This document shows, one piece after another, positions 1 through 9,036 of a DNA stretch of 64,000 nucleotides (positions within the stretch are counted from its first letter, which is position 1; every line of letters begins with the position of its first letter). A program made the translations under genes and the position numbers. A model generated the notes under the pieces. That model had not been told where the DNA came from. It saw only the letters and a program-made list of their open reading frames with translations, and did not search any database. Origin of the DNA: Candidatus Omnitrophota bacterium. Its GTDB lineage: Bacteria; Omnitrophota; Gorgyraeia; Zapsychrales; JAHFFX01. The stretch lies in assembly GCA_023247725.1 (NCBI GenBank), contig JAHFFW010000004.1, forward strand, positions 19,921 through 83,920, in the 5' to 3' direction.

Positions 1-246
1 TTGGTCATCTCGATTAATACCATTCATAATCTCCCGTTCGAAGAATGCAAGCAGGCGTTGCGGGAAATTGGGCGGGTCACGCGCCAGGATGCGTTTATTA
101 CCATCGATGCTTTTCGTACTCCCCAAGAGAAACGGTTGATGGATATGTGGAATCTAACCGCCAAAACCTATATGTCCGTCGATGATTGGATCAGTCTCTT
201 TAAAGTGGTGGGATACAAGGGTGATTACTACTGGTTTATTCCTTAA
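1..246 (+). CDS. C-terminal fragment of an unknown protein whose 5' end lies outside the window
   Basis: Open frame from the window edge to a stop at 244-246. No diagnostic motif recognised. Confidence 0.35.
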   Translation: MVISINTIHNLPFEECKQALREIGRVTRQDAFITIDAFRTPQEKRLMDMWNLTAKTYMSVDDWISLFKVVGYKGDYYWFIP

Positions 247-249
247 TCG

Positions 250-1287
250 ATGAAGACGCGTGCGGCCATCTTATATCAGCTAAATGCCCCCTTGGTCATT
301 GATGACATTGAGATCCCGGCTTTGCAGAAAGGGCAAGTCTTGGTCCGGATTTTGTACAGCGGGATCTGCCGGGCGCAGTGGAACGAAATGATCGGCCTTA
401 AAGGCCCGGATCGGTATTTGCCGCATTTGTTGGGACATGAGGGAGCGGCGATCGTGGAAGATTCAGGCCCCGGTGTGCATAAAGTCAAACCCGGAGATTA
501 CATCGCCTTGTCATGGATTAAAGGCGATGGGTTGGAAGCCCCGCGTTCTTTTTATCGACGGGGAAAAGAAGTCATTAATGCCGGAGCGGTTACGACCTTT
601 AGCGACTACGCGGTTGTTGCGGAAAACCGTTTAACTAAAATCTCGAAAAAAATCCCACCCAAGGTCGCGGCCATCATCGGTTGTGCCATTGTCACGGGTT
701 TTGGCATTGTTCATCATACCTTGCAGGTTAAAAAGGGAAACGCCATCGTGGTTTTGGGGGCCGGCGGAATTGGCGCGAGCGTCATCATGGCGGCGAGGCT
801 GGCTGGCTGTGCACAAATTCTTGCCCTCGATCCCGAGCCATGGAAACTCCAATTTGCCAAAAAGGTAGGCGCAACGCATGGAATTTTGTTTCGAGACAAT
901 AATCTTTTGGAAAAAATTCAAAAAATTGTTCCGCGGGGAGCGGATTACGCCATCGATGCATCCGGCAATAAAGCCGCCATGGAGCTGGGATTTGCCTGCA
1001 TTCATTCTCACGGCGTCATGGTCATTGCTGGAAATTTGGGAAAGGATGAAAAAATTTGTCTTCATCCTTTCGAATTGATCAAAGGCAAACGGATCGTCGG
1101 GACATGGGGAGGAGAAGCAATCCCGCAAAAGGATATTCCCTTTTATGTCAAAGAATATTGCGCCGGCCGACTTGCGCTTGGAAAACTCATCACCCATGAA
1201 TTTGATTTGGATCAAATCAATCAGGCCTTTAAGGTTCTTTGCGGCGGGAAGGCCGGCCGCATCGTTTTAAGAAACTCTGGGAGCTAG
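250..1287 (+). CDS. Zn-dependent medium-chain dehydrogenase/reductase (alcohol dehydrogenase family)
   Basis: GHEGAAIVE catalytic-zinc region and GAGGIGASV Rossmann loop; about 345 aa, typical for MDR enzymes. Confidence 0.8.
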   Translation: MKTRAAILYQLNAPLVIDDIEIPALQKGQVLVRILYSGICRAQWNEMIGLKGPDRYLPHLLGHEGAAIVEDSGPGVHKVKPGDYIALSWIKGDGLEAPRSFYRRGKEVINAGAVTTFSDYAVVAENRLTKISKKIPPKVAAIIGCAIVTGFGIVHHTLQVKKGNAIVVLGAGGIGASVIMAARLAGCAQILALDPEPWKLQFAKKVGATHGILFRDNNLLEKIQKIVPRGADYAIDASGNKAAMELGFACIHSHGVMVIAGNLGKDEKICLHPFELIKGKRIVGTWGGEAIPQKDIPFYVKEYCAGRLALGKLITHEFDLDQINQAFKVLCGGKAGRIVLRNSGS

Positions 1288-1298
1288 GCTCAACGTCT

Positions 1299-2270
1299 AT
1301 GGCGGAAAAATTATTAACCCATTCGCTTAAAAAAGATTTATTGGCCCAGATGATCCGCATCCGCCAGCTCGAGGAAAAGATTGTGGAGGTTTACGGCGAA
1401 GGCCACATGCGCACGCCTTCGCACCTTTCGATCGGACAGGAGGCCGTATCCGTTGGGGTTTGCCAGGTGCTCAAAGAGGGTGATCAAATCTTTGCATCCC
1501 ACCGCTGTCATGCGGCGTTTTTGGCCAGGGGCGGAACGACCGAAAGTTTTTTTGCCGAATTATGCGGCCGAGCCGCCGGCAGCAATAACGGTCGCGGCGG
1601 TTCGGCCCATTTGGCCTTTGCTTCGGGGGGAATGTATGCATCTCCTATTCTGGGCGCGATGATTCCCGTCGCTGTCGGCGCGGCTTTGGCTGCGGCCATG
1701 GATCACTCGAAACAGATCTCGGTCGCCTTTTTAGGGGATGCGGCTATTGAAGAAGGCGTCTTTGCCGAAAGCCTCAATTTTGCCATCATCAAAAAGCTTC
1801 CTGTTTTCTTTGTCTGTGAAAACAATCTGTATTCGACCCATGCGCATATCCGCGACCGTCAACCGGCCTGCGCCATTTACCGTCGGGTGGCCGGGCAGGG
1901 GATTGCAACCAAACAGCTCGACGGCAATGATGTGGAAAAGGTTTATACCAGTGCGCTCGCCGCAATACAGGCCTGCCGCAGGGGCACGGGGCCGGTTTTT
2001 TTGGAATATCTGACCTATCGCTATCGGGAGCACGTTGGTCCTTTGTATGATTACGACAAGGGGTACCGCACGAAAAAGGAAGTGGAGGCTTGGCAAAAAA
2101 AATGCCCGATTGAAGCTTATCGAAAAAAATTGATTAGACAGAAAATATCGACGGAACAAGAATTTATCAGACTACAACAACAATTTTCACAAGAAGCCGA
2201 ACGAGCTTATCGGAAGGCCTTAGAAAGTCCATTCCCCGAGCCGGCCACCCTTTTGGATCACGTTTATTAG
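1299..2270 (+). CDS. ThDP-dependent 2-oxoacid dehydrogenase E1 alpha-subunit homolog (PDH/acetoin-DH E1-alpha-like)
   Basis: SIGQEAVSVG and FLGDAAIEEG (GDG ThDP-binding) motifs. The track ORF begins at 1239, but the ATG at 1299 lies just after the upstream stop. Confidence 0.8.
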   Translation: MAEKLLTHSLKKDLLAQMIRIRQLEEKIVEVYGEGHMRTPSHLSIGQEAVSVGVCQVLKEGDQIFASHRCHAAFLARGGTTESFFAELCGRAAGSNNGRGGSAHLAFASGGMYASPILGAMIPVAVGAALAAAMDHSKQISVAFLGDAAIEEGVFAESLNFAIIKKLPVFFVCENNLYSTHAHIRDRQPACAIYRRVAGQGIATKQLDGNDVEKVYTSALAAIQACRRGTGPVFLEYLTYRYREHVGPLYDYDKGYRTKKEVEAWQKKCPIEAYRKKLIRQKISTEQEFIRLQQQFSQEAERAYRKALESPFPEPATLLDHVY

Positions 2271-2278
2271 GAACACGA

Positions 2279-3058
2279 ATGCCCCAAGCCCCCCAAATTG
2301 AATGGCACGAACAATGGAGCCTGTTCAGAAAGCCAGAGATTCCTTTCCTTTTTGAGGAATGGATTTTTCCTAATAAACTGGAGGATTTTAGGGGTAAATC
2401 GGTTTTGGAATGCGGCTGCGGGGGAGGACAACACACCGCCTTAATGGCTCCGTTTGCCAATAAAATCGTCGCGGTTGATCTCAATACGATCGATCTGGCC
2501 AAAGATCTCAATCGTGATGCCCAGAATATAGTTTTTCGGCAAGAAAATATCCTGGATATGAATTTAGGCGAAGAGTTTGACATTGTGCTTTCGATCGGTG
2601 TGATCCACCACACGGATCATCCGGAAAAAGCCGTTGAAAACCTAAAAAGGCACCTTTCCAGAGGCGGCAGGATTATATTGTGGGTTTATAGTCAAAAGGG
2701 AAACTTCCTGATGAAGCATTTGGTTGAACCAGCGAGAAGGCTTATCTTTAAAAAATTAAGTCGGAGAAACCTAAAATTTTTTTCCCAAGGGATCACCTTA
2801 CTACTGTATGTGCCGGTTTATTCCCTTTATCTTTTCCCTTTGCCTTTCTTGCCTTATTTTGGATATTTTAAAAATTTTAGAAGATTACCTTTTTATCGTA
2901 ATACCTTGAACATTTTTGATAAACTCAATGCGCCTCAGGTCGATTTTATTAGCAAGAAGCGAATTCAAACATGGTTTAGTGAAGCCGAATTTAAAGATAT
3001 CCATGTGAGTCCTTATGTTGGCGTCAGCTGGAGAATCAGCGCCACCAGAAAAATTTAA
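2279..3058 (+). CDS. Class I SAM-dependent methyltransferase
   Basis: VLECGCGGG glycine-rich SAM motif I followed by acidic motif II (VAVDL); hydrophobic C-terminus. Confidence 0.75.
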   Translation: MPQAPQIEWHEQWSLFRKPEIPFLFEEWIFPNKLEDFRGKSVLECGCGGGQHTALMAPFANKIVAVDLNTIDLAKDLNRDAQNIVFRQENILDMNLGEEFDIVLSIGVIHHTDHPEKAVENLKRHLSRGGRIILWVYSQKGNFLMKHLVEPARRLIFKKLSRRNLKFFSQGITLLLYVPVYSLYLFPLPFLPYFGYFKNFRRLPFYRNTLNIFDKLNAPQVDFISKKRIQTWFSEAEFKDIHVSPYVGVSWRISATRKI

Positions 3059-5823
3059 TGTCCGTCCTCATTCACTCCTATTACGGCAAATTCAAATCTT
3101 CATCCAGCCTAAAATCCTGCCTGTTTATTCTGTTGTCAGCGACGGTGTCTTATGTGGTGATGGGCTTTGTCTATCCTGAGCTTTTGTTTCGGCATGAATT
3201 GAGTTTCCTTTGGCAAAACGACGGCGGCATTCTCAAGGAGAGCCTTTTCACGTTCGTGTCTAATGCTCTTCACGGCGGTGTTCAGCTGTGGAATCGCTAC
3301 GATGAGATGAATTATGCCTATCTGTATCTCAGTCATGGAATTCAAACACTGGTCAACATCTTGACGGGTTGGACGTACCTATTGTTGTCGCCTTTTTTCG
3401 CCGAGCCGGGAAAGGCCCTGCATATTTTTTATTGCAGCGTTTTTCATTTCTTTCTCATCCTGATTCGGACTGCCGGCGGGTATCTGCTGCTGAGAAAATT
3501 TCGTTGCCATCCTTTGGTGATCTTTGTATCCTTGCTCATCCTCAATACCCTTTTGACCAGCCATATGTACGTGGGCTACACCCCGTCTAATCTATACAGT
3601 TATTTTTTGCTGCTGGCTTATTTTCTGTTGCGCTTCTTTGACCGTTTTCATTTGAAAGATTTCTTATGTTCCTTGCTGGTGATGGCGATGGCTTGCGCCA
3701 ATTCTTTATTATTGGCCTTAGGGTATTTTTATCAGGTCGTGCATTTTTTTATGGTTGGATGTTTTGTATTCAATTTTGGCCAGTTCAAGGCCACCATGAG
3801 CAAATTCAAACAGGGTTTCACCCAATCCAACTTATGGCGGGTCCTGGGCGTCCTGTCGGTGTGCATTCTTCTCACGCTGCCTTGTTTATACTTGGCCCGG
3901 TCTTTAAAAAAGGATTTTTACATTCCGAATTCCGGACTGGGGGATACCAAAGGGAGGATGAAGATGGGATTGAATCCTTTGGAATATTTTAAGCCCGCCG
4001 GGAAATCCTTTGCCAATCCCTGGGACTGGCCGGTTAAAGCCGTGGATTTTGAACACAACGACTGGGCGGGGTCCTGGTTATTTCTGGGGGCCAGTGTGTT
4101 ATGGTTTTCCTTGATCGGTCTTGTCTTCTCAAAACATCGGGAAAAACATATCTTTCTTTGGTCCGCGATTGGTATTCTCTCGGTGAATTTTCCGCAAGAC
4201 CCCCATTCATTTTTTTCCCTTGGCCATTGGCTCAACGCCTTAACGAATCCTTTTCGGTTTTTGCTGCGAAGTTTTCACATGTCGAGTTTACTCATGCCCT
4301 TGTTGTTCTTTCCGTTGGTCGCCTTCGGATTACAGGCCTTAAAGGAATTACTGAGTCAAAATTCTGAATCAACTTATGCGGATCGGGTTCCGGTCGCCAT
4401 GGTCACTGTCATGGCGATCGTCGTTGCCTTTAGCTTTTTGCTCCCCTTTACCGCAAAGGTCCATACGATCCTGAGCGGAATCATCTTCTTGGCGATCTTG
4501 GTCTTCATCCACCATCGACCCCTGATCACGGCGCAAAAGCCATTTTTAAAAATTTTAAACACGAATCTGATTTTGGTTTTTTTGATTATCTCGACGGTCG
4601 CAGTGGACTTAAAGGCCCTTTGTATTTATATGCACCAGGAGTATTATCAAGGCCGAACGTTAACCCCTATGCATTACGTCGGTTTAGATGATCCCGACCC
4701 CGTTCTCCTGGAATACCAAAATCCGTTCCTCTTGCCGTTCCGGGAGTATTATTCCTTCAGCAAAAAAGACGTGAAGCCCTTTGCCATCTTTCAAATAGGA
4801 AATCTTTTTTACCAAGAGCATTCCGCAAAGGGCCTGGTCGCCTATGGGCTTTTGATCGGTTGTCCGGGACTTTTTTTCCAGTACACGCCCTTGGAAAGAT
4901 ATACCCGCACGGTTATGATTTATAACCCCTTTCATTGGTCTTACCGAAATATTTATGATGATCCCGAAATCGAAGAATACCTCGCTCGGGATAAACGATT
5001 CCTGTATCTAGCCGATTATGCCATCGATGCTGAACATGGTAGCCTCGGTGAAATCCTGAATCGGAATTTGGATAGAAAGGTGATCCTGGTCGAAGGCCAG
5101 GGGGGGGAACGATGGGTCAAGCATTTGCAAAACCTGGCCGATTTAAGTCAAAACATGTTGAAGGGTCCGGAAGAAGAACCGGTTTATCGGTCCTGGGAGT
5201 TTCCTTTTTCGCCATCCCGCGTTCGGCAGCAGGGCGATTTTAAAAAATACATTTTTGACCTGCCAAAGGATTTTCCGTCGTACCTTTCGACCACTATTTT
5301 TACTGATGATCGGCTTAGCTGGCAGTTAAAGATCGGCGATCATGAACTCCTTCCCGTGCAAGGAAGTCTTAACCCTTGGACGTTCGATGTTCAAAATGTT
5401 CGGCAGGGCAAGCTAGCGATTCTTCTTCCTAAGGATTTTAATACTTCGGGGATAACCGCTATGCTGAAGGTCAAATTGCCAGAGGGAATATCTGATATTT
5501 GGCGCAATGCCTACGATGATTTTGGGTTCAACTACCGGGCGCCGCGTGACGGATGGTTGGTCGTGCATTATCCATTCGATTCTAAATGGAGTTTATCCGT
5601 CGATGGAAAACCCTCGCCAATTGCTAAAGTCAACGGGTACTTTATCGGGACCCCCCTCTCCAAAGGGGAACACAGAATTCTTTTGCGTTACTGGCCCGGT
5701 ACGCCTTTGCGGATCATGATTTTTATTTCGATCATCCTAACGGTCCTCGTCTTTTTTGGTTTGATCATTAAGGGGATTCGTTGGGAGAATGACTTGTTAA
5801 GGGAAGCCATTATCCGTCGATGA
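3058..5823 (+). CDS. YfhO-like / GT-C-like polytopic membrane glycosyltransferase candidate
   Basis: About 450 aa of multi-TM N-terminal region, a soluble domain and a C-terminal TM. The C-terminal segment (WLVVHYPFDSKWSLSVDGKPSPIAKVNGYFIGTPLSKGEHRILLRYWPG + TM) resembles the conserved YfhO C-terminus and that of ORF 25851. ATG overlaps the upstream stop (TAATG). Confidence 0.5.
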   Translation: MSVLIHSYYGKFKSSSSLKSCLFILLSATVSYVVMGFVYPELLFRHELSFLWQNDGGILKESLFTFVSNALHGGVQLWNRYDEMNYAYLYLSHGIQTLVNILTGWTYLLLSPFFAEPGKALHIFYCSVFHFFLILIRTAGGYLLLRKFRCHPLVIFVSLLILNTLLTSHMYVGYTPSNLYSYFLLLAYFLLRFFDRFHLKDFLCSLLVMAMACANSLLLALGYFYQVVHFFMVGCFVFNFGQFKATMSKFKQGFTQSNLWRVLGVLSVCILLTLPCLYLARSLKKDFYIPNSGLGDTKGRMKMGLNPLEYFKPAGKSFANPWDWPVKAVDFEHNDWAGSWLFLGASVLWFSLIGLVFSKHREKHIFLWSAIGILSVNFPQDPHSFFSLGHWLNALTNPFRFLLRSFHMSSLLMPLLFFPLVAFGLQALKELLSQNSESTYADRVPVAMVTVMAIVVAFSFLLPFTAKVHTILSGIIFLAILVFIHHRPLITAQKPFLKILNTNLILVFLIISTVAVDLKALCIYMHQEYYQGRTLTPMHYVGLDDPDPVLLEYQNPFLLPFREYYSFSKKDVKPFAIFQIGNLFYQEHSAKGLVAYGLLIGCPGLFFQYTPLERYTRTVMIYNPFHWSYRNIYDDPEIEEYLARDKRFLYLADYAIDAEHGSLGEILNRNLDRKVILVEGQGGERWVKHLQNLADLSQNMLKGPEEEPVYRSWEFPFSPSRVRQQGDFKKYIFDLPKDFPSYLSTTIFTDDRLSWQLKIGDHELLPVQGSLNPWTFDVQNVRQGKLAILLPKDFNTSGITAMLKVKLPEGISDIWRNAYDDFGFNYRAPRDGWLVVHYPFDSKWSLSVDGKPSPIAKVNGYFIGTPLSKGEHRILLRYWPGTPLRIMIFISIILTVLVFFGLIIKGIRWENDLLREAIIRR

Positions 5824-7223
5824 ATAGTTCTTACGATTACTGTGTAGTAGGCGCCGGACCCAGCGGATTAACCGCGGCCTACCAGTTGCTTAAGGCCGGA
5901 CATTCTGTGATTCTTTTGGAGCGGGACAGCCGAATCGGCGGCCTGGCCAAAAGTTATAACTATGACGGTCATGTTTTTGACACGGGACCGAAGCGTTTCC
6001 ATACCGAGGACCCCATCGTTCTTGATTTTATTAAGGAAATCATCCAGGATTCCGTCCTGCAGATTTCCCGCTCGACGGAGGTTTATTTCCTTAAGAAATA
6101 TTTCGAATGGCCTTTGAAAACCCGCGAGTTGTTCAAAATGCCCTGGCCGGTCATTGGGCGTTGCGCCGTTGATTTGATCAAAGCGAAAAAAATACAGGAT
6201 CCTCATTCCTTCCGGGAATTTATCATCTCCAAATATGGTCCAACTCTGTACGAAATCTTTTTCGCTCCTTACACGGGAAAGTTCCTGCGCTGGGATCCTA
6301 AGGATATTCATTCCGACTGGGCTTCGACGGGAATCAACCGGACGGTCATCGACAAACGGATCAAAACCAACACCTTATTGGATATTCTCAAGGTCCTCGT
6401 TTTGCCCGAGAAGGTCGACACGCATTTTCTTTATCCCATGCAAGGAGGATTCGGCGGGTTTTATGAGCGCCTGCTCGCGCGGTGTCAAGAGTATCCGCAG
6501 TTTTCGCTTTTGCTCAATAACTCCGTCGGCCAATTGACGAAGGAGGAGGAGAGCTTGGGCATTCGGACCAAAGACGGAAAATCCATTTCTTGCACTCACC
6601 TCATCTGGAGCGGAAACCTCAATTATTTGGCCAATCTTATTGCTTCGCAGCAGAATGTCCACTACCTCAATACGATTTTTTATAATTTGATCTGCCGTCA
6701 GGAGGGGATCAGTCATCAGCGTTCGCAGTGGATTTACGTCAGCCGCGGCGACAGCTTGATCAGCCGCATCACGTGTATGAAAGAATTTGCTCCCTACACC
6801 TGCAAAAATGGCTACTATAACGTGATCTGTGAATTGACCGATTCGCAGGCAAAACCTTTTTATTTTCTTAATCCCGAACGGTATAAAGACAAAATCCTGG
6901 AGGAACTCAAAGGCATGGCCTTCTTAAAAGATTCCCGGTTTGTTGAAGGCGTTCAGATCAATCCTGTCGTTGATACGTATCCGGTTTACCACCGTCACTA
7001 CACCCGGGATTTTGCCTCGATCGCCGGTCAGGTGAAGAAATTTTCTCCCCGGATTCATCTCTTAGGCCGTTGCGGGGCCTTCTGGTATAATAATTCCGAT
7101 CATTCCATTCGGTTTGCAATTGAGCTGACCCATAAATTGCTGGGCAAAAAAGAACAGGAATTTGCCTACCGGGATTATTTTGGCGGAACCAGCCTCCGCG
7201 CCGCTCATCCCCAAGGAGAATAA
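5820..7223 (+). CDS. FAD-dependent oxidoreductase, UDP-galactopyranose-mutase-like / amine-oxidase-like
   Basis: N-terminal YDYCVVGAGPSGLTAA dinucleotide-binding motif, IGGLAKSY and DTGPKRFHT motifs resembling Glf. Confidence 0.55.
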   Translation: MNSSYDYCVVGAGPSGLTAAYQLLKAGHSVILLERDSRIGGLAKSYNYDGHVFDTGPKRFHTEDPIVLDFIKEIIQDSVLQISRSTEVYFLKKYFEWPLKTRELFKMPWPVIGRCAVDLIKAKKIQDPHSFREFIISKYGPTLYEIFFAPYTGKFLRWDPKDIHSDWASTGINRTVIDKRIKTNTLLDILKVLVLPEKVDTHFLYPMQGGFGGFYERLLARCQEYPQFSLLLNNSVGQLTKEEESLGIRTKDGKSISCTHLIWSGNLNYLANLIASQQNVHYLNTIFYNLICRQEGISHQRSQWIYVSRGDSLISRITCMKEFAPYTCKNGYYNVICELTDSQAKPFYFLNPERYKDKILEELKGMAFLKDSRFVEGVQINPVVDTYPVYHRHYTRDFASIAGQVKKFSPRIHLLGRCGAFWYNNSDHSIRFAIELTHKLLGKKEQEFAYRDYFGGTSLRAAHPQGE

Positions 7224-7261
7224 TAATTGATAAGGTGGATGATTTCCTCAGCGTTTTGTAG

Positions 7262-7460
7262 TACATTGAAGTCAGCCCTTCGACTTCGCTCAGGGTTGAT
7301 GCTAATAGGGAAGTCGAAGCATCAACCCTTCGATGCTCCCTGGCCTGAAAGGCCGTCTCTCGCACCCCGGGGGTGAGAGACGGGCATAAAGATCCTCTCA
7401 CCCCCGGGGTGCGAGGGTGGGCTATCGCCGGTAACGGCGGGCCGGGGAAGCGTCAAGGCC
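7262..7460. repeat. Cluster of consecutive inverted repeats/hairpins in the intergenic region (possible structured RNA or REP-like element)
   Basis: GGGTTGATGCT-N15-AGCATCAACCC (perfect 11-bp arms), GGCCTGAAAGGCC, a CCGTCTCTCGCACCCCGGGGGTGAGAGACGG hairpin of about 15 bp, and CGCCGGTAACGGCG with a GTAA loop. The 19-nt core CTCGCACCCCGGGGGTGAG recurs as its reverse complement 17 nt downstream. Confidence 0.6.
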
Positions 7461-7482
7461 TTTATTCGTAAGGATCAGATCA

Positions 7483-8991
7483 ATGAACATTCTTTTTATT
7501 CAAAATAATGGGATCCAGGAATCCGTCGGCGTTGCCAATCTCTCCGGTATGCTCAAGGCTTATGGGCATAAAACCGATCTCTTATTGACCTCCCACACGC
7601 CCAATTTAGAGAAGGCGATTTCCGAATTTGGTCCGCATCTCATTGCCCTTTCCGGCTTGACGGGCGTCCATCATTCCCTGACCTCATTGGCCCAAAGAAT
7701 CAAAACGAAATTCCCCATTCCTGTCGTGATGGGGGGACCGCATCCAACTTACTCTCCGGAGGTCATTGAACACCCGGGCATTGATTTTATTTGCCGGGGA
7801 GAAGGCGAGCACGCGATGCTGGAATTGGCCAATAGCTTAGAAGCCGATCGCGATGTGACCAAAATCCAAAACCTTTGGGTCAAAACCAAGGAGGGAACGA
7901 TCCACAAAAATGACATGCGGGCTCCGGCTGTCTTGGATGAATTGCCTTTTTCCGACCGGGAGATGTATTACAAGTATCCTTTTTTGCGGGACGTGCCGAT
8001 GAAACGGTTCATCGCCAGCATGGGCTGTCCTTATCCTTGTACCTTTTGCCATGAACCGGTTATCCGCGGAATGTACCGCGGCAAAGGCAATTATGTCCGG
8101 CGCAAATCCGTGGCCCGCGCCATCGCTGAGATCAAATACATCCAGGACCGCTACCCTCTCAAACATGTGCATTTTTCCGACGATCTATTTTTTATCCGCA
8201 ATGCCTATGAATGGCTCGAAGAATTCGCCGAGGTTTATCCCAAAGAAATTGGCCTGCCCTTTTCCTGCAACATCCGTTATGATTCCGTCGTTGAGCACTC
8301 GGCGAATCTGCTCAAAAAAGCCGGCGCTTATGGCGTCGCCATCGGGCTCGAATCCGGCAGCGAACAACTGCGCCAGGTCGTCATTAAGAAAATGGTGAAG
8401 AATGAGCATATGGTCGAAGGGGCAAGATTGCTGCGGGAACGCGGCATTAAGATGCTCACGACCAATATGATTGGCCTGCCCGGAGAAACGCTGGATCAGG
8501 CCTTTGAAACGGTGGAGCTCAACATGAAGCTCAAATCGAACTTCACCCGGGCGAATACCTTTTTGCTTTTTCCAGGATTGCCCATGGTGGATTACGCCAT
8601 GCGCAATGGTTTTGTGGATCCCAACTTCGATATTCAAAAGCATGTGGCCGAGGCGACGGAGATTAACCTCAAGACCCCCTTTGCCAAGGAATTTCGTAAT
8701 CTCGCGTCCTTATTCTGGGTTTTTGTCAAATTCCCTCCCCCATTCATTCCGCTCTTTAAAAAAATCGTGCGCTGGCCGGATAATGTTTTCTTTCGCATGA
8801 TTGGCTCGATGAATATGATCCAGGAACTGTTGTTTTACCGGATCCGCCCCATTTCGGGATTCAAATTTTTTAAAAACACGGTCCTGATCTCCAAAGAGAT
8901 GACCTTGCGCAACATCCCCAGCTTGTTTAAGCCGAAGAAAATCTCGCCCGAAGAGAAACTTATTTTTGATAGCGACCGAGGATATTTATAG
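7483..8991 (+). CDS. B12-binding-domain radical SAM enzyme (class B radical SAM)
   Basis: N-terminal B12-binding-like domain (ILFIQNNGIQ...VVMGGPHPT) and CPYPCTFC CxxxCxxC radical SAM cluster motif. Confidence 0.8.
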   Translation: MNILFIQNNGIQESVGVANLSGMLKAYGHKTDLLLTSHTPNLEKAISEFGPHLIALSGLTGVHHSLTSLAQRIKTKFPIPVVMGGPHPTYSPEVIEHPGIDFICRGEGEHAMLELANSLEADRDVTKIQNLWVKTKEGTIHKNDMRAPAVLDELPFSDREMYYKYPFLRDVPMKRFIASMGCPYPCTFCHEPVIRGMYRGKGNYVRRKSVARAIAEIKYIQDRYPLKHVHFSDDLFFIRNAYEWLEEFAEVYPKEIGLPFSCNIRYDSVVEHSANLLKKAGAYGVAIGLESGSEQLRQVVIKKMVKNEHMVEGARLLRERGIKMLTTNMIGLPGETLDQAFETVELNMKLKSNFTRANTFLLFPGLPMVDYAMRNGFVDPNFDIQKHVAEATEINLKTPFAKEFRNLASLFWVFVKFPPPFIPLFKKIVRWPDNVFFRMIGSMNMIQELLFYRIRPISGFKFFKNTVLISKEMTLRNIPSLFKPKKISPEEKLIFDSDRGYL

Positions 8992-9036
8992 GTCTTGCTC
9001 ACGTTTTATCGATAACGAGCCTAAGCCGGCCGACCG

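Noticed and set aside
631-1215. 194-aa minus-strand ORF inside the alcohol dehydrogenase gene
   Set aside because: It is antisense to a gene with clear Zn-ADH motifs, and its translation has no recognisable features.
1239-1298. N-terminal extension of the E1-alpha ORF overlapping the upstream dehydrogenase
   Set aside because: The extension (MRREGRPHRFKKLWELGSTS) overlaps the upstream gene by 49 nt and is not part of the E1-alpha fold. The ATG at 1299 directly follows the upstream stop.
7230-7480. Possible CRISPR-like or tandem direct repeats in the hairpin-rich intergenic region
   Set aside because: The repeats are inverted (palindromic) rather than regularly spaced direct repeats with unique spacers, and there are only two copies of the 19-nt core. 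This is not a CRISPR array.
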